Assembly (NCBI GenBank): GCA_963758365.1
Contig: CAVWVB010000001.1
Location: 248,428-312,427, forward strand
Direction of reading: 5' to 3'
Source of the DNA: an uncultured Gammaproteobacteria bacterium
GTDB taxonomy: Bacteria; Pseudomonadota; Gammaproteobacteria; Xanthomonadales; Rhodanobacteraceae
Length of the DNA: 64,000 nucleotides
The position numbers and the translations under genes were made by a program. The notes under the pieces are model-generated. The model had not been told where the DNA came from. It saw only the letters and a list, made by a program, of their open reading frames with translations, and made no database searches. Every line of letters begins with the position of its first letter. Positions within the stretch are counted from its first letter, which is position 1. Positions 25,611-33,656 of this stretch are shown in pieces.

Positions 25611-28600
25611 ATGAGCACGGTGCGCCTTGAACAACTTGCGCGCGGCGCGGTGGCCATTCCGCTGCAGCCCGCCTCGCAGGACATCTGGGACAAGAAATAC
25701 CGCCTCAAATCCAAGCAGGGCGAACCGGTCGATGCGAGCATCGACCACACCTACCAGCGCGTCGCGCGCGCGCTCGCCGAGGTCGAGGCGAATCCCGAGA
25801 AGAGGAACTACTGGTACGACCGCTTCCTGTGGGCGCTGCGCCGCGGCGCGATCCCGGCCGGCCGTATCACCTCCAACGCGGGCGCGCAGGAGCACAAGCC
25901 CAAGACCTCGACGATCAACTGCACGGTGTCGGGCACGATCGACGATTCGATGGACAACATCCTCGACAAGGTGCACGAGGCCGGGCTGACCCTGAAGTCC
26001 GGCTGCGGCATCGGCTACGAGTTCTCGACGCTGCGCCCGCGCGGCGCGTACGTGTCCGGCGCGGGCGCCTACACGTCGGGCCCGCTGTCTTTCATGGATA
26101 TCTACGACAAGATGTGCTTCACGGTGTCGTCGGCGGGCGGCCGCCGCGGCGCGCAGATGGGCACGTTCGACGTCAGCCATCCCGACGTGCGCGAATTCAT
26201 CCGCGCCAAGCGCGAGGACGGACGCCTGCGCCAGTTCAACCTGTCGCTGCTGGTCACCGATGCGTTCATGGATGCGGTCGAGCGCGACGCGGACTGGCCG
26301 CTCGTGTTCCCGATCCACGTCAAGGAACAGCACGAGATCGACCTTGCCGACCCGGCCAAGGTGGTCTGGCGCGACTGGCCCACGCACAAGAACTACGTGA
26401 CCCGCGACGACGGCCTCGTCGCGTGCAAGATCTACGGCCACCTGCGTGCGCGCCACCTGTGGGACATGATCATGGTCTCGACGTACGACTACGCCGAGCC
26501 CGGCTTCATCCTGATCGACCGCGTCAACGAGATGAACAACAACTGGTGGTGCGAGCACATCCGCGCGACCAATCCGTGCGGCGAGCAGCCGCTTCCACCC
26601 TATGGATCGTGTTGGACTGGTGCGATGCGGCTCAACACCAATCATGGTCTGATCCGCACCGACGACGCCTACGCGCTGGCGCAGCAGGGCAAGCCCTTGC
26701 TGATCGGCGTCGACGATCAGTTCAGCGGCAACAAGACCGATCTGCGAGCGTGTACGCTGGTGCGCAATGGCGAAAAGGAGGTCTTCGATGTTCGCTTCGC
26801 CAATGGCCAGCACATCGAGCTGACCGCCGATCATCGCGTGCACACGCCTTCCGGCTGGAAGGAAGTGCGAGATCTGGCGCCGGGCAGCGAAGTCCATGTG
26901 CAGTCGCGCGAAATGTCGGGGTTGACCCTGATCGATCCCTTCGACCTCGGCGCACTCAAGTATCTGCTCGACGGCTACGAAGGCGACCAGATCGTGGTCA
27001 CGCGTGCGAGCCGGCGAGCCTTCCTGCGGCCGCTGCTCGACCGCCTCCTCGTCAACTACAGCGATCGAGCCAAGGGTCTGTGTGTGTCACGGCATCATGC
27101 GGTCGTTCGCGAACTAGGGCGTTGCGAGCTTGCGACCGCCCCGGATTCGGTATTGCGCGGGTACGTGCATGCGGCATCGGTGACCGCTGCGCGCTACAAG
27201 GGCAAGCCGTGTGCGTACGGTGACGCAGCGGCGATAGCTCTGCTTGCCGATGCGCAAGGCCGGCTCGGCGCGCGGCGTCCGCTGGTCACCCGGCACAAGC
27301 AGGACACCTGGCGCACGCTGATCGACGAGTCGATCGATGTGCGCGCCGGGGCGGGACGGTCGACTGCACTCGACCTGGATTTCGCGCTCTACGGCTGGCT
27401 GCTCGCCGATGGCTGGCTGACGGAGTCGACCGGCGTGGTGTTCAGCGACAGCGACGATGTCGCGATGCAGCTGCTTGCGCCGCACTTCCAGGCACTGACC
27501 GGAACCAACGGCACGTTGCGCAGGAGCTATTCGGGTCAGACCATCGACGTGCACACGATCGCCTGCTATCGCAAGGAAGCAGTGCGCAGCCTGCGCGATA
27601 CACTTGGCCTGGAGGATTACACCTCGCGAGCACTGCGTGTGCCGGAGAAGATCTTCCGTGCCGACAGTTGCCAGCAGGCCTCGTTTCTTGCAGCGGTTTT
27701 CTGCGCAGATGGCGGTATCAACGACGACAAGCTCGCGATTCGCCTGGTGTCGGCCAGTCGCGAATGGCTCGAGGGCATTCAGCTGCTGCTGCTGAACTTC
27801 GGCATCCACGGCATGATTCACGCAAACGTTTCGAAGGGGCATGCGTTCCATTCGCTGTTGCTTCGTCAAGGCGATGCGTATCGCTACTACCGCCACATCG
27901 GCTTTCCGTTCTGCACCAGCAAGCAGGAGCGGCTCACGCGCCTGTTGGCGGACAAGGAGCGCTGGCGTGAAGCCGATGCCTTCCCTGTGGAAACCGTGGT
28001 TTCAGTTGCCAGCAAGGGCGTGCAGCCGGTCTACGACATCGAGGAATTCTCGACGCATACCTTGATCGTGAATGGCATCGTCGTGCACAACTGCTTATTG
28101 GGCTCGGTCAACCTGACCACGTTCGTGCGCGATCCGTTCGGCCCGAAGGCGCGCTTCGACTGGGAGGAATACCGCGAGGTCGTGCGCGTGTTCACGCGCA
28201 TGCTCGACAACGTGGTCGAGATCAACGGCCTGCCGCTCGCGCAGCAGCGCGCCGAGATCGAGAGCAAGCGTCGCCACGGCATGGGATTCCTCGGTCTCGG
28301 CAGTACCCTGACCATGCTCAAGATGCGCTACGGCAACGCCGATGCCTGCACGTTCACCGAGGACGTCGCGCGCGAGATGGCGCTGGCCGGCTGGGAGGTC
28401 GCGCTGTCGCTTGCGAAGGAGAAAGGCCCCGCTCCGGTGCTCGCGCAGGAGTTCGAGGTGACCGGCGAGATGCTGCGCAAGCGCCCCGAGATGGCCGTCG
28501 ACGGCTGCAAGGCCGGCGACATGGTGCCCGGCCGCGTGCTGCACGCGAAGTATTCGCGCTACATGCAGCGTGTCGCCGAAGTCGCGCCCGAGCTGGTCGC

Positions 28601-29240
28601 CGAGCTCGCCGAGGTCGGCGCGCGCTTCACCCACCACAGTTCGATCGCGCCGACCGGCACGATCTCGCTGTCGCTCGCCAACAACGCGTCCAACGGGATC
28701 GAGCCGAGCTTCGCCCACCACTACAGCCGCAACGTGATCCGCGAGGGCAAGAAGTCCAAGGAGAAGGTCGAGGTCTTCAGCTACGAGCTGCTCGCGTATC
28801 GCGAACTGATCAACGGCAAGGCGATGCCGGGCTCGCAGGTCGCCGAGGAAAAGCTGCCCGAGTACTTCGTCGCGGCCGACGACATCAGCCCGGTCGAGCA
28901 CGTGGACATCCAGGCCGCCGCGCAGCGCTGGGTCGATTCCTCGATCTCGAAAACCGCGAACGTGCCGACCGAATATCCCTACGAGGACTTCAAGGACATC
29001 TACACCTACGCGCACCGCCAGGGCCTCAAGGGGTGCACGACGTTCCGCTTCAATCCGGCGGCCTTCCAAGGAGTGCTGGTGAAGGAGCATGATCTGGCCA
29101 ACACCACCTACCGCTTCGAACTCGAGGACGGTTCCGTGGTGGAGGTCAAGGGCAACGAAGAGATCGAGTACGATGGCGAAACGCACACCGCCGCGAACCT
29201 GTTCGATGCGCTCAAGGAAGGCTATTACGGCAAGTTCTAG
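25611..29240 (+). CDS. nrdJ: class II (adenosylcobalamin-dependent) ribonucleotide reductase, large NrdJa part, intein-containing precursor
   Basis: AGGAGA SD 12 nt upstream of ATG 25611 (inside ORF 25479..29240). RNR motifs TINCTVSG, GCGIGYEFSTLRPRG, GGRRGAQMG, ATNPCGEQPL, SSIAPTGTISL. 1209 codons, of which 494 are an intein. Confidence 0.93.
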   Translation: MSTVRLEQLARGAVAIPLQPASQDIWDKKYRLKSKQGEPVDASIDHTYQRVARALAEVEANPEKRNYWYDRFLWALRRGAIPAGRITSNAGAQEHKPKTSTINCTVSGTIDDSMDNILDKVHEAGLTLKSGCGIGYEFSTLRPRGAYVSGAGAYTSGPLSFMDIYDKMCFTVSSAGGRRGAQMGTFDVSHPDVREFIRAKREDGRLRQFNLSLLVTDAFMDAVERDADWPLVFPIHVKEQHEIDLADPAKVVWRDWPTHKNYVTRDDGLVACKIYGHLRARHLWDMIMVSTYDYAEPGFILIDRVNEMNNNWWCEHIRATNPCGEQPLPPYGSCWTGAMRLNTNHGLIRTDDAYALAQQGKPLLIGVDDQFSGNKTDLRACTLVRNGEKEVFDVRFANGQHIELTADHRVHTPSGWKEVRDLAPGSEVHVQSREMSGLTLIDPFDLGALKYLLDGYEGDQIVVTRASRRAFLRPLLDRLLVNYSDRAKGLCVSRHHAVVRELGRCELATAPDSVLRGYVHAASVTAARYKGKPCAYGDAAAIALLADAQGRLGARRPLVTRHKQDTWRTLIDESIDVRAGAGRSTALDLDFALYGWLLADGWLTESTGVVFSDSDDVAMQLLAPHFQALTGTNGTLRRSYSGQTIDVHTIACYRKEAVRSLRDTLGLEDYTSRALRVPEKIFRADSCQQASFLAAVFCADGGINDDKLAIRLVSASREWLEGIQLLLLNFGIHGMIHANVSKGHAFHSLLLRQGDAYRYYRHIGFPFCTSKQERLTRLLADKERWREADAFPVETVVSVASKGVQPVYDIEEFSTHTLIVNGIVVHNCLLGSVNLTTFVRDPFGPKARFDWEEYREVVRVFTRMLDNVVEINGLPLAQQRAEIESKRRHGMGFLGLGSTLTMLKMRYGNADACTFTEDVAREMALAGWEVALSLAKEKGPAPVLAQEFEVTGEMLRKRPEMAVDGCKAGDMVPGRVLHAKYSRYMQRVAEVAPELVAELAEVGARFTHHSSIAPTGTISLSLANNASNGIEPSFAHHYSRNVIREGKKSKEKVEVFSYELLAYRELINGKAMPGSQVAEEKLPEYFVAADDISPVEHVDIQAAAQRWVDSSISKTANVPTEYPYEDFKDIYTYAHRQGLKGCTTFRFNPAAFQGVLVKEHDLANTTYRFELEDGSVVEVKGNEEIEYDGETHTAANLFDALKEGYYGKF
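26610..28091 (+). mobile_element. intein with LAGLIDADG homing-endonuclease domain inside nrdJa
   Basis: ...PPYGS|CWTGAMRL...LTADH (block B TxxH)...LYGWLLADGWL...FLAAVFCADGGI...VYDIEEFSTHTLIVNGIVVHN|CLLGSVNL. Excision restores the class II RNR motif NPCGEQPLxxYxSCxLGSxNL. In frame, 1482 nt. Confidence 0.88.
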
Positions 29241-29435
29241 GATCCCGCGATCGGCCCTGGCCGATACGGGCAGGCCGCCGAATCGATCCGCCGCGACGCG
29301 CGTCGTCCAGCGCAATTCGTGAATGGCCGGCTTGTACAGGCCCGTCCCGATCAGGCGCGTTTCTCGATGCCCGTTCCAATCACGCTCGTTCCACAACAGC
29401 TCAATCAGGTCCCAACATCTGGAGAGGGGAACACC

Positions 29436-30104
29436 ATGCACAGTGAAGGCGGCAGTTCGTTCGACAATATGAAGGAAGGCGCGTCGCAGGTCGGCGGCGC
29501 CGTGGCCGACATGGCCGGTGCCGTGGTCAGCTCGGTCGGCACGGCAGCGTCGGACACGAAGAATGCGGTCGAGAACACCGCGAAGAAGGTTGCGAAGAAG
29601 GCCCAGAAGGCGCGCAAGCAGGCCGCGCGCAAGGTCAAGGCGGTCGTCGCCAAGGCCCGGCAGGTCGTCGGCTCCAGGCCGGCCGCGCCGAAGAAGAAGA
29701 AGGCTGCGAAGAAGGCCGCGAAGAAGGCCGCGAAGAAGGTCGCGAAGAAGGCCGCACCCGCGAAGAAGGCCGCAAGGAAGGCGGTGAAGAAGGCTGCGAA
29801 GAAAGCGCGGTCCGCGAAGAAGGCGACGCGCAAGGCCGTGAGGAAAGGCGCGAGGAAGTCCGCGCGCAAGGCCGTGCGCGCGAAGAAGACCGCACGCAAG
29901 GCAGTCAGGAAGGGCAGCCGCAAGGCCGCGTCCGCACGCAAGGCGGTCAGGAAGACCGCGCGCAAGTCGGCACGCAAGGCCGGTGCGCGCAAGTCCGCGG
30001 CGAAGAAGGCGGTGCGCAAGACCGCGCGTCGCGCGGCACCGAAGAAGGCCGCCAAGCGCAGGCCCGCGCGCAAGGCCGCGAAGAAAGGCGCGCGTCGGCG
30101 CTGA
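29436..30104 (+). CDS. Ala/Lys-repeat (histone H1-like / AlgP-like) basic protein
   Basis: SD GGAGAGGGGA before ATG 29436. About 55-aa non-repetitive N-terminus, then about 165 aa of AKKAAKKA / ARKAVRK repeats. Confidence 0.7.
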   Translation: MHSEGGSSFDNMKEGASQVGGAVADMAGAVVSSVGTAASDTKNAVENTAKKVAKKAQKARKQAARKVKAVVAKARQVVGSRPAAPKKKKAAKKAAKKAAKKVAKKAAPAKKAARKAVKKAAKKARSAKKATRKAVRKGARKSARKAVRAKKTARKAVRKGSRKAASARKAVRKTARKSARKAGARKSAAKKAVRKTARRAAPKKAAKRRPARKAAKKGARRR

Positions 30105-30111
30105 GCGTCGT

Positions 30112-30146
30112 GGCATCGGCCGGTCCGCGGCGGACCGGCTGATGCC
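30112..30146 (+). terminator. long GC hairpin between the two basic-protein genes (no T tract)
   Basis: ggcatcggccggtccg-cgg-cggaccggctgatgcc: 16-bp stem with one mismatch, 8 nt after the stop at 30104. It may attenuate or stabilise rather than terminate. Confidence 0.35.
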
Positions 30147-30177
30147 GATACCGTCCCGCGCCGCCCAGGAGAAACCG

Positions 30178-30582
30178 ATGGCGACCCGCAAACGCACCAC
30201 GATGTACAGCAGCGCCGGCAAGAAGCTGTATGCGGTGCGCGCTGCCGACGGCACGTTCAAGGATATCCAGAGCTACGCGCGCGCCCATCGCGCGGACATC
30301 GCGCGCCGCAGCAAGGCCGAAATCGCGGCCGCCGCCGCACTGCCGGCACCGGCCGCACGCAAAGCCGCGAAGAAGACGACGCGCAAGACGGCCGCGAAGA
30401 AGTCCGCGGCGCGCCGGCCGGCCGCGCCCAAGCGCGTTGCGCGCACGGCTGCGACGAAGCGCTCACCCGCGCGCAAGGCACCCGCGAAAAAGGCGCCGGG
30501 CCGCAAGGCGCCCGCGAAGAAAGCGCCCGGCCGCAGGAAACCCGCGCGCAAGGCCGCGAAGAAAGCGCCGCGCAAAAGTTGA
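30178..30582 (+). CDS. second Ala/Lys/Arg-rich basic protein with a small globular N-terminal domain
   Basis: MATRKRTTMYSSAGKKLYAVRAADGTFKDIQSYARAHRADIARRSK followed by AARKAAKKTTRKTAAKK...APAKKAPGRKAPAKKAPGRRKPARKAAKKAPRKS. Confidence 0.7.
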   Translation: MATRKRTTMYSSAGKKLYAVRAADGTFKDIQSYARAHRADIARRSKAEIAAAAALPAPAARKAAKKTTRKTAAKKSAARRPAAPKRVARTAATKRSPARKAPAKKAPGRKAPAKKAPGRRKPARKAAKKAPRKS

Positions 30583-30682
30583 CCGCGCGCGCGAAACGTC
30601 ACCGGTCAAGGCCGCGATCGCGCGCCACCCCGCGCCACCGGTCCAATCCCGAACATTCACGCATCCACTGAAACGATCACCC

Positions 30683-31522
30683 ATGAAGATCAGCAAGAAG
30701 ATCACCGGCTACAGCGTTGCCGGCCCGAAGGAAAACACAAAGGTCGTCCCGGCCGCAGAGGCGCCCGCGAGCGCGCCGTCCATCGCGCTGGCCGAAGTCA
30801 TCCACATGCACGAGAAGGTCGAGCGCCCGGGCACGCTGATCGGCGCGACCTACAAGATCAAGTCGCCGCTGTTCGAGCACTCGCTGTACGTCACGATCAA
30901 CGACATCGTGCTCAACGCGGGCACCGAGCACGAACTGCGCCGGCCCTTCGAGATCTTCATCAACTCGAAGAACATGGAACACTTCCAGTGGATCGTCGCG
31001 CTGACCCGGATCATGTCCGCGGTGTTCCGCAAGGGCGGCGACGTGACCTTCCTCGTCGAGGAACTCAAGGCCGTGTTCGATCCGCGCGGCGGCTACTTCA
31101 AGGCCGGCGGCGTCTACATGCCGTCGATCGTCGCCGAACTCGGCTACGTGATCGAGCAGCACCTGAAGATGATCGGCCTGCTCCACGACCCCGAACTCGA
31201 CGACGCGCAGCGCGCATTGATCGCCGAGAAGCGCGCCGCCTACGAGGCGCGCTCGAACCTCGGCGGCGCAAAAAAAAAGTCCCGCGCACTGACTAGCGAC
31301 GCCGCCGCAGGCGGCATCCCGTCCGACCTCGCGGGCGCCGGCGCCGAGTCGGCGCGCAAGTCGGAGTCCGACTTCGGTACGGCCGCCGCATCCAACGCCG
31401 ACGATGCCGCAAGCGCATTCCCGCCCGGCGCGACCATGTGCGCCAAGTGCAACACGAACGCGGTGATCCTCATGGATGGCTGCGCGACGTGTTTGAATTG
31501 CGGGTATTCGAAGTGTGGGTGA
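30683..31522 (+). CDS. nrdJ: class II ribonucleotide reductase small C-terminal part NrdJb (TSCPD domain + Cys-rich tail)
   Basis: Start MKISKKITGY inside ORF 30230..31522. GATYKIKSPLFEHSLYVTINDIV...PFEIFINSKN...ALTRIMSAVFRKGGD matches the TSCPD domain found at the C-terminus of class II RNRs. Terminal CAKCNTNAVILMDGCATCLNCGYSKCG is the usual zinc-ribbon/redox tail. The split nrdJa/nrdJb arrangement is known from Pseudomonas aeruginosa. Confidence 0.85.
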   Translation: MKISKKITGYSVAGPKENTKVVPAAEAPASAPSIALAEVIHMHEKVERPGTLIGATYKIKSPLFEHSLYVTINDIVLNAGTEHELRRPFEIFINSKNMEHFQWIVALTRIMSAVFRKGGDVTFLVEELKAVFDPRGGYFKAGGVYMPSIVAELGYVIEQHLKMIGLLHDPELDDAQRALIAEKRAAYEARSNLGGAKKKSRALTSDAAAGGIPSDLAGAGAESARKSESDFGTAAASNADDAASAFPPGATMCAKCNTNAVILMDGCATCLNCGYSKCG

Positions 31523-31529
31523 AGGCTTC

Positions 31530-32465
31530 ATGAGCCACGGGCGGACGCTACGGCTCTTTCTCGTGGACGGTGCGCCAACTGGTTTGATCACGGCCGAAAT
31601 CATGAACTGGACCGGTCATGTCTTGACCGGCCCACGCAGCATGTTGGCGGAACTACTCAAACGACCCGAAGTGTCCCGAACCGGCGTGTACTTCTTGATC
31701 GGTCCCGACAACGATAATCCATTGCGTGCTCGCATCTATATCGGGGAGACAGACGATGTTTCATCGCGACTGAAACAGCACAATCGCGCGGATGCGCAGG
31801 GCGGGAAGGACTTCTGGGAGCGGGTTTGCGTCGTCACCAGCAAGGATCACAACTTGACCAAGGCGCATGCCAAGTATTTGGAAAGCGCGCTCATCGCTGC
31901 AGCCAAAGAGTCGGCCCGAGCTGTGCTGGAGAACGGGAATGCTCCTGCCTACTTGGCGCTTCCGGAAGCCGACATCGCCGACATGACGTTTTTTCTCGAG
32001 CAAATACGTACTGTGCTGCCAGTGCTCGGTTTTGATTTTCTTCGCCCGAGGCCAAGGGTATCGACGTCCGTGACAACGGATGATGCATCGCTGCCCGATG
32101 TGCTTTCGCCTGTTTTCGTGATGGAAGTGCGCAAACATGGAGTGAGCGCGGAGGCGCGCCAGATTGACAGTGACTTCGTGGTGCTTCAGGGATCGATGGC
32201 GCGTGATCGCTGGAGCAGCAGCGGACACGCCGGCTATCAAGCGTTGTACGAGCAACTGGTGCGTGACGGGGTTCTATCGGAAATAGGTACCGGCACGCGG
32301 AAGTTCACGAGTGACTATGCGTTTTCCAGCCCAAGTGCGGCGGCGGCGGTGATCTCCGGTCGATCGGCCAATGGTCGTACCGCATGGATCACGAAAGACG
32401 GTGGTCAGACCTATGCTCAATGGCAAGAGGTGCGGGTCAACAACGTGACGGCCGCAAGCGAATAG
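31530..32465 (+). CDS. GIY-YIG nuclease-family protein with C-terminal DUF4357 domain
   Basis: GVYFLIG...RIYIGETDDVSSRLKQH (GIY / YIG motifs, conserved Arg), ...NLTKAHAKYLESALI. The C-terminus FTSDYAFSSPSAAAAVISGRSANGRTAW carries the SPS motif of DUF4357. ATG 31530 lies 7 nt after the nrdJb stop. Confidence 0.8.
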   Translation: MSHGRTLRLFLVDGAPTGLITAEIMNWTGHVLTGPRSMLAELLKRPEVSRTGVYFLIGPDNDNPLRARIYIGETDDVSSRLKQHNRADAQGGKDFWERVCVVTSKDHNLTKAHAKYLESALIAAAKESARAVLENGNAPAYLALPEADIADMTFFLEQIRTVLPVLGFDFLRPRPRVSTSVTTDDASLPDVLSPVFVMEVRKHGVSAEARQIDSDFVVLQGSMARDRWSSSGHAGYQALYEQLVRDGVLSEIGTGTRKFTSDYAFSSPSAAAAVISGRSANGRTAWITKDGGQTYAQWQEVRVNNVTAASE

Positions 32466-32560
32466 AAACCCGCATCGGTCGCGTCATTGCAACCGGAAGC
32501 GCGTGGCGGAGTATGTGGCGGAACGTATCGCGAAGAATGTGGAAACAGGGGTTGCAATCA

Positions 32561-32581
32561 GGGGTCAGAGTGCACTTTCCC
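32561..32581 (+). repeat. island motif copy A (GGGGTCAGAGTGCACTTTCCC)
   Basis: Near-identical to the copies at 39059 and 39857. Preceded by GGAAACAGGGG, as in the other copies. Confidence 0.8.
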
Positions 32582-32750
32582 GAAAGCGGAGAGGGACGGC
32601 GCGTGGCGATGTTCTTTCTGGTAACGCGCGCGGTGGAAACGTGTGTTGCGAGCTGCTAATCGGGCTCGGCGATCCTTCAGCGACGGTTCTTCGGAACAAA
32701 TGTCCCCGCGGTCCTCCGTCGCCCGCTTCTTGTACGCCGGAAAGTTGGAT

Positions 32751-32780
32751 TGTGAAAAAGGTGTGTGTGAAAAAGGTGTC
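32751..32780. repeat. 15-bp tandem duplication (TGTGAAAAAGGTGTS x2)
   Basis: tgtgaaaaaggtgtg tgtgaaaaaggtgtc read directly from the sequence. The second copy runs into motif variant A'. Confidence 0.9.
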
Positions 32781-32794
32781 AGGGACAGTTTTCG
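32775..32794 (+). repeat. island motif variant A' (GGTGTCAGGGACAGTTTTCG)
   Basis: Degenerate relative of GGGGTCAGAGTGCACTTTCC, same orientation. Confidence 0.45.
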
Positions 32795-32987
32795 ACGACC
32801 GCTTCGATCCGTGAGCGATGGCCCTACGTACGGCGGTCCTTACGGATGGTCCTGGAACAGAAGCCATGTTCGCTATGCAAGCGGTCAACGCCATCGAAGG
32901 CGATGAACCCGTGAGCGCATGCAGCAGATCCGGCGGCCACGCCGTCATTATGAATGCAGGAAAATAGTCGCACGAGGGTCCGGTTCC

Positions 32988-33593
32988 ATGCGCACTTTCG
33001 TACTTCGGGCACGGTCCGCCCCCACCGACAGCGCGGGCCTATTGGCCGCTGTCGGCCAGGACGCGCATACCGAAATCCTTGCGCACACGCTGATGAATGC
33101 GATCTTCGTCGCGCAGTCGCATCGCGCCGACGTCATCGTGCATCTGGTACTGGAAAGCACGCGCGACTACTCGAGGACGATCAGCTTCCATTCCAACGAA
33201 ATGCGCGACGTGGGCGGCTTCCACGAACAGGCCTTGCTCGGCAAGATTGCCGGCGCACTGGATGTCTCGAAGGGCATGGGCAAGGAGGAAAGCCGTCCTG
33301 TCGAGCCAGGCATCACCGTGCGCACGATCAGCTTCGAGAAGCTCGTCCAGGAACTGGCCGAGGACCATCAACTGTTCGTCATGGACCGCAAGGGCACGTC
33401 CATTCGCGAAATGAAATTCGGCTCCAACCCGTGCTTCCTGCTGACCGACCACGTGCCGATGCCGAAGAAGACGTTCAACAGCCTTGAACGCCTTGGCGCC
33501 GAGAAAATCGCGCTCGGGTCGCGGATGCTGTTCGCATCACAATGCGTCGTGGTCATCCACAACGAGCTGGATCACGTAACGAACGAAGAATAG
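32988..33593 (+). CDS. SPOUT-class methyltransferase homolog of archaeal TrmY (DUF358 / tRNA pseudouridine-N1 methyltransferase family)
   Basis: Start MRTFVLRARSAPTDS inside ORF 32919..33593. The layout MRTF(V/I)(L/I)..., PGITVRTISFEKLV, FLLTDHVPMPKKTFNSLERLGAEKIALGSRMLFASQCVVVIHNELD parallels MJ1640/TrmY as I recall it (MRTFII..., PGI.V....FE..., FVLGDH.G......L......VSLG....LASH.....N..LD). The family assignment needs an HMM check. Confidence 0.65.
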   Translation: MRTFVLRARSAPTDSAGLLAAVGQDAHTEILAHTLMNAIFVAQSHRADVIVHLVLESTRDYSRTISFHSNEMRDVGGFHEQALLGKIAGALDVSKGMGKEESRPVEPGITVRTISFEKLVQELAEDHQLFVMDRKGTSIREMKFGSNPCFLLTDHVPMPKKTFNSLERLGAEKIALGSRMLFASQCVVVIHNELDHVTNEE

Positions 33594-33612
33594 GGCTCAG
33601 GTTCATTTTCGG
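33594..33612 (+). repeat. island motif variant D (GGCTCAGGTTCATTTTCGG)
   Basis: Begins 1 nt after the TrmY-like stop codon. Aligns with copy E2 at 35001 as the start of the duplicated block. Confidence 0.6.
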
Positions 33613-33656
33613 TGCGAACGAGTGAGACTGCTCGTGCTTTGGCAGGCCGGGATCCA

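Noticed and set aside
29319-29435. Upstream extension of the first K-rich ORF (track start 29319)
   Set aside because: The SD GGAGAGGGGA sits directly before the ATG at 29436. The upstream 39 codons (MNGRLVQARPDQARFSMPV...) have no support.
32565-32948. 127-aa minus-strand ORF and overlapping plus-strand ORFs (32503-32814, 32643-32906) in the nuclease-SPOUT spacer
   Set aside because: They run through the repeat copies and the 15-bp tandem duplication. They also have no SD, no recognisable motifs and an implausible composition. The region is treated as non-coding or decayed.
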